The notes beneath the pieces are model-generated. The model was given only the letters and a program-made list of their open reading frames with translations. It searched no databases and was not told the origin of the DNA. A stretch of 64,000 nucleotides of DNA from Nitrospirales bacterium (GTDB lineage Bacteria > Nitrospirota > Nitrospiria > Nitrospirales > UBA8639). Below are positions 56,133 through 64,000 of this stretch, piece after piece. Location: positions 2,144,001-2,208,000 of the forward strand of contig OY820905.2 in assembly GCA_963555755.3 (NCBI GenBank), in the 5' to 3' direction. Position 1 is the stretch's first letter; each line of letters starts with the position of its first letter. A program made the translations under genes and the position numbers.

Positions 56133-57725
56133 TCAGGGTTCGGGGGATTCTTTTTTCTCGCACCCATACCCACCACCCCCAGGCGTTTCTATTCGTAGAC
56201 GGTCACGAGGACGAACATTCAGTTGGGTCTTGCCAGGTAACACTTCTTCCTCCCCCTCACGAATCAAAACATTTCGTCCAGTTTTGCCAGAGACGCCTCC
56301 AGCCAGACCATACGGCTTCATCCGTCGCCGATCAGACAAAATGGTGACTTGCGCGTCATGGAGAAATTCAATTTCTCGCGTCACTCCCTCACCACCTTGA
56401 AAGGCACCTGACCCACCTGTGCCTTGGCGAAGGCCATAGTGGGTTACTCGAAAGGGATAGGCATATTCCAGGGCCTCGACTGGCGTATTGAGCGTATTCG
56501 TCATGTGAGAATGCACACCGCTGGCTCCATAATGTCCAGACCCCGCTCCCATGCCCCCGCCGAGAGTTTCATAATAGGCGAATGCACGTTGCCGTTCAGG
56601 ATCCCATCCGCCAATGGTCACATTGTTCATCGTCCCCTGGCTGGCGGCTGGAACTCGATCGGGACAGGCTTGCGCTAACGCGCCAATCAACACATCGACA
56701 ATGCGTTGTGCGGTTTCCACATTGCCCGCGGCCACTGCCGCCGGACGTGTGGCATTCACCACCGTTCCTTCAGGCGCCCGTACGGTCACAGATGCCATGC
56801 ACCCACTGTTTCCCGGAATATCCAAGCCTAATAAACAGCGCAGAACATAGGCCGTCGCCGACAAGGTAATCGCATACACCGCATTGACATTGCCTTGACA
56901 CTGTGGGGCTGACCCCTCGAAATCAACGAGAATTTCATCGCCCTGAATCGTTATCGCCACCACGATCTTGATCGGGTCGGGATCAATTCCGTCATCATCA
57001 AGATAATCTGCATAGCGATACGTCCCATCCGGCAAAGCGGCAATCAGCCGGCGAGTCATGCGCTCGCTGTAGATCAACAGGCCGTCCATCTGTGTCGTGA
57101 CAACCTCTCGGCCATATCGATCCACTAACGCTTGGAGTCGTTCGATACCCGTGCGGTTCGCCGCCAGTTGGGCATACAGATCTCCGGTTCGTTCTATGGG
57201 AGTGCGAACATTCGCGAGAAACAAGTCCCACAATGCTTGATTGCGTTGTCCCTCAGAAATGAGTTTTAGGGGAGGGATGATGATTCCTTCCTGAAAGAGT
57301 TCCTGAGACAATGGCATGGACCCCGGCGACATGCCTCCCACATCGGAATGGTGGGCGCGATTCGCGACAAAACCGAGAAGCGTCTCCCCGCCATTGACCA
57401 TAGTGAACACCGGCGACACCAGCGTGATATCAGGCAGATGCGTGCCGCCCTCAAACGGATCATTGACCATAGCCACATCACCCGGGGCGAAGGTCATCTT
57501 TTTCAGGCAGGCTTGGACGGATAACGGCATCGCGCCCAGGTGCACCGGGATATGGTCGGCCTGAGCAATGAGTTGGCCGTGCTGGTTAAACACGGCACAG
57601 GAATAATCGCATCGTTCTTTGATGTTGGGAGAAAAGGCTGATCGTCGAAGCCGAACTCCCATCTCTTCGGCCACCGACGAGAACAAGTGTTTAAAGACTT
57701 CGAGCTGAATGGCATCGTCCTTCAT
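56133..57725 (-). CDS. Hydantoinase B/5-oxoprolinase subunit
   Basis: SPNIKERCDYSCA, HIPVHLG, NDPFEGGTHLPD, HHSDVGG, TPGGGGYG. Confidence 0.93.
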   Translation of the reverse strand: MKDDAIQLEVFKHLFSSVAEEMGVRLRRSAFSPNIKERCDYSCAVFNQHGQLIAQADHIPVHLGAMPLSVQACLKKMTFAPGDVAMVNDPFEGGTHLPDITLVSPVFTMVNGGETLLGFVANRAHHSDVGGMSPGSMPLSQELFQEGIIIPPLKLISEGQRNQALWDLFLANVRTPIERTGDLYAQLAANRTGIERLQALVDRYGREVVTTQMDGLLIYSERMTRRLIAALPDGTYRYADYLDDDGIDPDPIKIVVAITIQGDEILVDFEGSAPQCQGNVNAVYAITLSATAYVLRCLLGLDIPGNSGCMASVTVRAPEGTVVNATRPAAVAAGNVETAQRIVDVLIGALAQACPDRVPAASQGTMNNVTIGGWDPERQRAFAYYETLGGGMGAGSGHYGASGVHSHMTNTLNTPVEALEYAYPFRVTHYGLRQGTGGSGAFQGGEGVTREIEFLHDAQVTILSDRRRMKPYGLAGGVSGKTGRNVLIREGEEEVLPGKTQLNVRPRDRLRIETPGGGGYGCEKKESPEP

Positions 57726-59746
57726 GAATATATCTCAATATGCAGATTGGCATACTCATCAACACGCGCGTGATCATTGATACCTAGCACGATTGTCGTG
57801 TCGTCTTGGATGATCACGGCTGGCCCGTCTATCTCATTGCCTGGGCGCAAGCGCTCTCGTGAAAAATGCGGGGCCAGGACAGGACCATCAGGTAAGACCA
57901 GCCGGTGTGTTCCAGTCACAGCATGAGATGCGTTTGCAGAAGCTTCAATTGGTAAGCGCGAGAGCGAAGGCGGTTTGGTTCGACCACTACCCTGCACCCG
58001 TAGGTTGACAATCTCAATCGGTGCATCTTCCTGCCGATACCCATATCGTTGCTGATGCTGTGCATCAAAGCTGGCCCGATACGTTTTCGAAAAGGGAACG
58101 GTTAATTCATACGATTGCCCAACATACCGAACATCGAGTTCGCTGAGTATTTCGACATCATCAGGCTTCACGCCTTGGGCCTTCAGGCCAGACCTGCTCT
58201 TCTCGATCATGGGTGCAAAGTTTCCTTGCAACTCTTCATACGAGGGCTCATCGGATCGCATGATCGTCTGTACGGCATCCACTCGAACATGGGCCGTCAA
58301 CATTCCATAGGCTGATAATGTTGACGCGGAGGAAGGAATGAGTACTCGACGAATTCCCATGCCCCTGGCCAAATCACAGGCATGGCCGCCGCCGGCCCCA
58401 CCGAACGACACCAACGCATAATCCCGGGGGTCATGTCCTCGCTCCACGGAAATCACGCGGATCGCGCGCTCCATCTGGGCATTGACAACCTGAACGATTC
58501 CCAAAACCGCGGCTTCCACCTCTGAACATTCGGCTTGTGGTTGAAGGTCAAGCTGTTCAGCCAACACCGCCATGGCCTTGGACGATGCTTCAATATCAAA
58601 TGGTAGCTGCCCTCCCAAGAGACCCGATGCCGGCAAGCGACCTAACAGCACATTCGCATCGGTGACCGTGGGAATCAGTCCCCCTCGGCCATAGCAGACT
58701 GGCCCGGGATCGGCTCCGGCACTCTCCGGGCCCACCCGAAGGGCACCCCCTTTATCCACTCGCACCAACGAACCACCACCCGCGCCGACGGTATGAATAT
58801 CAATCACGGGAACGCGAATGGGGAATCCGCCCACTTCTGCTTCCGACGTGGTTTCAATTTCACCATCGACAAGAGAGACGTCCGTGGAGGTTCCACCCAT
58901 GTCAAATGTGATGAAGCGGTCACACCCAGCCAGCTTGGCCACATGCACGGCCCCGACCACGCCTCCTGCAGGGCCAGAGAGAATCGAGTGCACCCCTTTT
59001 TGGCGTGCCTGTGTCGCCTGAATCCGTCCGCCATTGGATTGCATGATATAAAACGTGTCGGCACCCAACGTATCTTCAAGCTCGCCGAGGTATTGATCAA
59101 GCACCGGCGACACATAGGCATTCACGACCGTAGTAGACGCACGTTCGTATTCACGGAATTCGGGAAGCAATTCCTGGGAGGCCGTCACAAAAAATCCCTC
59201 CTGCCGAAAACATTGGGCCACTTCCTGCTCATGCGCAGGATTCGTGAAGGAAAAAAGAAAACTGATGGCCACCGACTGAACGTGTTGCGTATGGAGGAAA
59301 TCCACGAGGGCAGGAATCTCGTTGACATCAAGCGAGATAAGCACGTGGCCTTGATAATCAATCCGCTCCGGGATTTCGAAACACAGATCTGAGGAGACCA
59401 GGGGTTCGACTCCCCCACTGAACCAATCATAGAGGGCTCGTCGATTTTGACGGCCAAGGCGCAAGATATCTCGAAAGCCTTTCGTCGTGACGAAGGCAGT
59501 CCTGGCACCCTTTCGTTCTAACAGGGCATTGGTGGCGACGGTGGAACCATGAATGATGGTTCGTGGAAGTTCACTAGAAAGACGCTCTAGGCCTTGCAGC
59601 ACTGCTTTAGCCGGACTTGAAGGCGTTGAGAGAATTTTAAACGTGGATATCTGATTCGCTGTCTCGTCAAACAGGACAAAGTCGGTAAACGTTCCGCCAA
59701 TGTCAATCCCGATAAACAGTCGAGGTTGGAGGTTGCCTATAAACAT
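57722..59746 (-). CDS. Hydantoinase A/5-oxoprolinase subunit
   Basis: GIDIGGTFTD, HGSTVATNALLE, SGPAGG, DMGGTSTDVS, SAGADPGP. Confidence 0.93.
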   Translation of the reverse strand: MFIGNLQPRLFIGIDIGGTFTDFVLFDETANQISTFKILSTPSSPAKAVLQGLERLSSELPRTIIHGSTVATNALLERKGARTAFVTTKGFRDILRLGRQNRRALYDWFSGGVEPLVSSDLCFEIPERIDYQGHVLISLDVNEIPALVDFLHTQHVQSVAISFLFSFTNPAHEQEVAQCFRQEGFFVTASQELLPEFREYERASTTVVNAYVSPVLDQYLGELEDTLGADTFYIMQSNGGRIQATQARQKGVHSILSGPAGGVVGAVHVAKLAGCDRFITFDMGGTSTDVSLVDGEIETTSEAEVGGFPIRVPVIDIHTVGAGGGSLVRVDKGGALRVGPESAGADPGPVCYGRGGLIPTVTDANVLLGRLPASGLLGGQLPFDIEASSKAMAVLAEQLDLQPQAECSEVEAAVLGIVQVVNAQMERAIRVISVERGHDPRDYALVSFGGAGGGHACDLARGMGIRRVLIPSSASTLSAYGMLTAHVRVDAVQTIMRSDEPSYEELQGNFAPMIEKSRSGLKAQGVKPDDVEILSELDVRYVGQSYELTVPFSKTYRASFDAQHQQRYGYRQEDAPIEIVNLRVQGSGRTKPPSLSRLPIEASANASHAVTGTHRLVLPDGPVLAPHFSRERLRPGNEIDGPAVIIQDDTTIVLGINDHARVDEYANLHIEIYS

Positions 59747-59788
59747 GATTCGTTCTTCCTAACGAAATTTGCAGACAAGAGCAAGAAT

Positions 59789-60711
59789 TGTCATTTCGAC
59801 CCTTGGGAGAAATCTCGCCGTTCCTGCCACGCTTGGTAATGGATCCCAACCCCAACGAAGAGATTTCTCCTTCCACTCGAAATGACAGAAGGGGTCTGAC
59901 GCTCGCTCATCTCGAACAAACTAGCAAACTTGGGGTCCCTACCTTTTGTCATTTCGACCCCCCCTTTTGTCATTTCGACCCCCCCGTTGTCATTTCGACC
60001 CTTGGGAGAAATCTCGCTTTTCCTGCCACCCTTGGCAAGGCGGTCCGAGCCCAACGGAAAGATTTCTCCTTCCACTCGAAATGACAACAAAGAAAACACC
60101 ACTTTGTCCTTCCTTCCATGTCATTTCGACCCTTGGGAGAAATCTCGCCGCTTCCCTTCACAGATTAGGCTTCCCAATTTTGCCTAAGATCATTCCACTT
60201 TGGGTTGATCGTTATCACTAAGGAATTCTTTTTCGATCGACGCCACTTTTTGATTTCTTTTTCCCGCGCAAGTGCAGCGTGAACATCGGTTGTCTCTTCA
60301 AAGTAGACCAATTTCTTGACGTTGTATTTTTTCGTGAATCCTTCTATGACGCCATTCTGGTGCTCCCATACACGTCGTTCCAAATTATTCGTTACCCCCA
60401 CATACATCACTCGATTATTCTGAGTGGTCATCAGATATACGAAATAGGGATGGGACATTTGTTATTTCAATCTTTCTTCGTTGTCATTTCGACCCTTGGG
60501 AGAAATCTCGCTTTTCCTACCACGCTTGGCAAGGCGGTCCAAGGCCAACAGAGAGATTTCTCCTTCCACTCGAAATGACAACAAAGAAAACACCCCTTTG
60601 TCCTTCCTTCCATGTCATTTCGACCCTTGGGAGAAATCTCGCCGCTCCTACCACGCTTGGTAATGGATCCCACCCCCAACGAAGAGATTTCTCCTTCCAC
60701 TCGAAATGACA
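59789..60711. repeat. Array of TGTCATTTCGACCCTTGGGAGAAATCT..AGATTTCTCCTTCCACTCGAAATGACA palindromic units flanking the GIY-YIG gene
   Basis: Four full units plus three partial left arms. Confidence 0.9.
60165..60458 (-). CDS. Stand-alone GIY-YIG nuclease
   Basis: YFVYLM..MYVGVTNNLERRVWEH..FTKKYNVKKLVYFE..REKEIKKW..NPKWNDL. Confidence 0.93.
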   Translation of the reverse strand: MSHPYFVYLMTTQNNRVMYVGVTNNLERRVWEHQNGVIEGFTKKYNVKKLVYFEETTDVHAALAREKEIKKWRRSKKNSLVITINPKWNDLRQNWEA

Positions 60712-60751
60712 GAAGAAGAAGAAAAAAACGGTGAGCCAAAGGAAAGAGGCT

Positions 60752-62272
60752 CTACCCCTTTACGTTTCCACTTAGGGTCACCACTCGAGGCCCGCCGGGG
60801 GCATTGTCCCAGATGGTGAGTTGCGCATGGTAGGGCCTGGGTTCATCCCCAGCAAAACGAATGTGAACGGAGCAGAGTTTTCCTGTCGTGAGCGTAGTTC
60901 CCAAACAAGCCCCGTCGTTGATCGAAAACGATTGAGAATCAGGCCCTTCCAACACCACCTTCCTGATCGTAAGAGGACCTAACCCCACATTGGCAACCGT
61001 CAGGAGTTTCGCCGACGGTTCATCTCGAACGTCCTCATCAGCAAACTGGACGGCATCGGTACTGAGATTAATCGAAGGGATAGTGGCTTTGCCGCTCAGT
61101 AATATCGACACGTCATGAGAATCACTATTGGTGGTCACGACATCAGGTAAGCCATCCCCATTGAAATCCTCAACTCCGACGGAGGTCGGCGTGGCTCCCA
61201 CGGCAAAATGGCCAGCCGGCTGAAACGAGCCGTCCCCTCTCCCTAGCAAAATGGACGTGCTATTGGATGCCCGATTCGAGGCGATCAAATCCCAATGTCC
61301 ATCGCCATCGAGATCATGAATGGTTACCGCCATGGGACTAAATCCTACATCAAGTTGAGCGGGTTTAGTGTACTGCCCGGGAGCTTCTTGCAAAAGAACG
61401 TTCAAACTATCCGTAAACACACTGGCGGCAATAAGGTCAAGATTTCCGTCTCCGTCCAAATCAACCTGCATCAGGGCACTAAGCGTAAACCCGGCATCGA
61501 TGTCTTGGCTGCGTACAAACTGACCGTCTCCCTCATTGTGTAGGACGGACACGAGTCCATTCGGAGTCTGCCAACTAGGCTGGCTCCAGGTCACGGTTAA
61601 TTCAGGAAGACCATCGCCACTCAAATCGACGATTGACACACCGGTCGGAAACAACCCATGTTGATCCTGTTCTTCAAACACTTGTGCTGAGCTCAATAGT
61701 CCTTGGCCATTGTTCAACAACACTGACAGACTATACGGAGGATAATTCCCAAAGCGGCCGCTATTGGCGACCACGACATCGACATCTCCATCGCGATCCA
61801 GATCTCCCAATTTCAGAAACGTGGGTCCCTTTCCGGACGGGTAAAACATGGGATCCTGAAACAATCCATCCCCTTTTCCCAACAAGACGACAATTCCATC
61901 AGAACCCGTCTCCGCCACGATCAAATCGAGTGTGGCATCCTGGTTCAAGTCGCCTGAGGTGAGAAACATCGGACTCCGTCCCACACCAAAGGAAATGCCA
62001 GATCGAAACGTGCCATTGCCATTGCCGAATAACATCGTCACATCGTCGGAACCGTTATTTACCGTGGCCACGTCGAGCCACCCGTCGCCATTAAAATCTC
62101 CAACCGTCAAGGCCTCCGGATGTCGTCCAACATCCGCTGGAATCACGGGAGTGAGCACAAGATTTTGTGCCACGACGGGATCGGCCACAAGAATGGCTAC
62201 GCCCAACAAAAGCACTCCGCCCAGGCCTGTGCAGGGATGCCGCTTACTATTCACGTTGATTTTAGAGCCCAT
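60752..62272 (-). CDS. Secreted FG-GAP/VCBS repeat protein with C-terminal Ig-like (ASH-like) domain
   Basis: Repeated GDxNxDGxxD motifs and signal peptide. Confidence 0.88.
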   Translation of the reverse strand: MGSKINVNSKRHPCTGLGGVLLLGVAILVADPVVAQNLVLTPVIPADVGRHPEALTVGDFNGDGWLDVATVNNGSDDVTMLFGNGNGTFRSGISFGVGRSPMFLTSGDLNQDATLDLIVAETGSDGIVVLLGKGDGLFQDPMFYPSGKGPTFLKLGDLDRDGDVDVVVANSGRFGNYPPYSLSVLLNNGQGLLSSAQVFEEQDQHGLFPTGVSIVDLSGDGLPELTVTWSQPSWQTPNGLVSVLHNEGDGQFVRSQDIDAGFTLSALMQVDLDGDGNLDLIAASVFTDSLNVLLQEAPGQYTKPAQLDVGFSPMAVTIHDLDGDGHWDLIASNRASNSTSILLGRGDGSFQPAGHFAVGATPTSVGVEDFNGDGLPDVVTTNSDSHDVSILLSGKATIPSINLSTDAVQFADEDVRDEPSAKLLTVANVGLGPLTIRKVVLEGPDSQSFSINDGACLGTTLTTGKLCSVHIRFAGDEPRPYHAQLTIWDNAPGGPRVVTLSGNVKG

Positions 62273-62531
62273 GACGTTCCGTATTATCAGGAAAAACTTT
62301 GGTCATTGCGATTTCAACTTCATCCGTGGCTGACATCCCTCTGTTGCGGATATGCGCAGACCATGAGGGAGCATGTCGCAATGCATTGAACACGGCTTTG
62401 ATGATTTCAGGTTTAATGCGAGTTTCCCAATCATGCTCCCAGGCCTGCGCATCCTCATCACCCTCATATTCCTCAGGAAATTGGGCTTCCAAATGAAACC
62501 GAAGATTGAACGTTTTTTCTTCTTGATACAT
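62262..62531 (-). CDS. Hypothetical protein
   Basis: 89-aa ORF overlapping the next start. Confidence 0.65.
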   Translation of the reverse strand: MYQEEKTFNLRFHLEAQFPEEYEGDEDAQAWEHDWETRIKPEIIKAVFNALRHAPSWSAHIRNRGMSATDEVEIAMTKVFPDNTERHGL

Positions 62532-62672
62532 GCCAGAATGTCCTTTGTTATGCGACCTTTTAAGATGATCCCGCACCTTCTGACCCGACCTTCATTGTCA
62601 GATGAAGCCTCGCTCACATATACTACGGGTTTACTTGTTAGATTCAACTGCCGTGAAAAGGAGACTGAACCA

Positions 62673-62900
62673 ATGCCGTTGTATGAATACATCTGTAATG
62701 AATGTTCGCACCCATTTGAACTCATTGTCCATAGCTCCACCATCCCTGCCTGCCCTGAGTGTCAGACGCACAACATCGAAAAGCAACTCTCGGCTTTTGC
62801 CGTCAGTGGTGGGAATAGCGATTTCGGGTTTGAGGGGGGACCGGGAAGCTGTGGAACATGTGGCGACCCCAGAGGACCAGGAGCCTGTTCAATGGATTAG
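62673..62900 (+). CDS. FmdB-family zinc-ribbon protein
   Basis: MPLYEYICNEC.H.FE..CPEC..KQLSAF. Confidence 0.88.
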   Translation: MPLYEYICNECSHPFELIVHSSTIPACPECQTHNIEKQLSAFAVSGGNSDFGFEGGPGSCGTCGDPRGPGACSMD

Positions 62901-62937
62901 TAGGGCGATGCGTTATTTGACGGGTGCTAACCGCCCC

Positions 62938-63861
62938 CTACTCACGAATATCTTTCGCCCGGCGCTGGAAATATCCGGACCGAACAGCACCATACAAATC
63001 AACGGTTGATTCTTCAATCCCTTCAAATGTTTCGAGATTGAGAGACCGCTCATTCATCTTATCCTCGGCATTTATCCCAAGGTTGGGGAAAAACGGAATA
63101 ACATAATTTAAAGGATTCATCGCGATATCTCCGGCATACCCAACAGCATCACGAACCGTAAATGGCCGCATAAACGGCAGCACAAGAAAAGGACCGGATT
63201 CGAAGCCATAGACCGCCAGCGTCTGCCCTGCATCTTCAGCAGGGGGAGCTTCCGTATCAAACACATACTTCGCGACGTCAAACAGGCCGGCGACTCCGAT
63301 AGTGGAGTTGAGCAGAAACCGTTTCGTCTCAATTCCGGCACGTCCATACTTGCCCTGAAAAAGGCTGTTCAAAAATCGCGATATAAATCCCATGTTGTGA
63401 AAGACATTGGCAATGGACCCTTGAACATCAGGAGGAATAATCGCATTATAACCCTTGGCCGCGGGCTTAAGCAGATGCCGATCCATATTGTAGTTGAATT
63501 GGAACATTTCAGAATTAAACGACTCCCATGGATCTTGCACAACCGTTTGCGGTCCTTCATCAAACGGATCGTTGAACGAATCAATGGTGGAACCCTCCAC
63601 CACAGTTTCTGCCATCATCGGAATTCCATCGTCCCCCGTATAGGGAGTGCCCGAGGAATCAAAATATTGAAGATTGGAATCTAATCGAGGGCTAGGAGGT
63701 GCCGTGGGCTGGATATTCTGAGCATTGCCAACAGTATCTGTCTGAGCAAAAACCACTGGAGCCAATATCACCATTTGAATTGGGAAGGATACCCCCACCA
63801 TCAGAAGCACGACTCTCGATATAGAAAGGTGCTCCCAAAATGTCTGACGGAACGTGGCCAT
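62938..63861 (-). CDS. mlaA: MlaA/VacJ-family protein
   Basis: DPWESFN, RFLLNSTIGVAGLFDVA, EDAGQTL, GPFLVLPF, DLYGAVRSGYFQRR. Confidence 0.88.
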   Translation of the reverse strand: MATFRQTFWEHLSISRVVLLMVGVSFPIQMVILAPVVFAQTDTVGNAQNIQPTAPPSPRLDSNLQYFDSSGTPYTGDDGIPMMAETVVEGSTIDSFNDPFDEGPQTVVQDPWESFNSEMFQFNYNMDRHLLKPAAKGYNAIIPPDVQGSIANVFHNMGFISRFLNSLFQGKYGRAGIETKRFLLNSTIGVAGLFDVAKYVFDTEAPPAEDAGQTLAVYGFESGPFLVLPFMRPFTVRDAVGYAGDIAMNPLNYVIPFFPNLGINAEDKMNERSLNLETFEGIEESTVDLYGAVRSGYFQRRAKDIRE

Positions 63862-64000
63862 GAATTCCTCCCTGTACAACGAAAAAGTTGATCCATCCCG
63901 GATCGTGGCAGACTGACACCGCCGATTGACTGGTGCACTGTACCAAAAACAGAATTGTCTGGCTACTGTGTAGAATAGTAAGGGTTCGCGCAAGAATAAC

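Noticed and set aside
59789..60711. CRISPR array
   Set aside because: The inner segments recur rather than being unique, the units are inverted arm pairs, and no cas genes are in the window

Overview
Bacterial chromosomal window, probably Nitrospirales-like (inferred from gene content and the small intergenic repeat families). The left half (1-31 kb) is dense with mobile DNA around tRNA-Arg(CCG) and tRNA-Lys(CTT): IS30, IS3, IS630, IS1595, IS1380 (x3), IS91/ISCR remnants, and two IS110 bridge-recombinase elements whose guide loops, target and circle-junction promoter can be read from the sequence. Three 1994-bp group II introns sit head-to-tail inside catalytic domain V of a fourth, ORF-deleted intron. 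That outer intron is itself inserted in the GGGGTCA terminal ladder of a HUH (RAYT-like) transposase element with inverted repeats. Two copies of that element bracket an AT-rich, archaeal-looking gene for a triple-cupredoxin/PQQ-propeller fusion, split by IS1380. The right half is mostly housekeeping: vapBC, dnaE2-imuB with an XRE-S24 repressor, a TonB receptor, a diguanylate cyclase, YjgN (split by a DUF4338-IS4 element), M48 peptidase, SEL1, RDD, higBA, hydantoinase/oxoprolinase A/B, a GIY-YIG gene in a palindromic repeat array, an FG-GAP protein and mlaA. Many MITEs are interspersed. Decaying elements show a strong A:T->C:G substitution bias. All calls are from motif recognition by eye, with no database searches.
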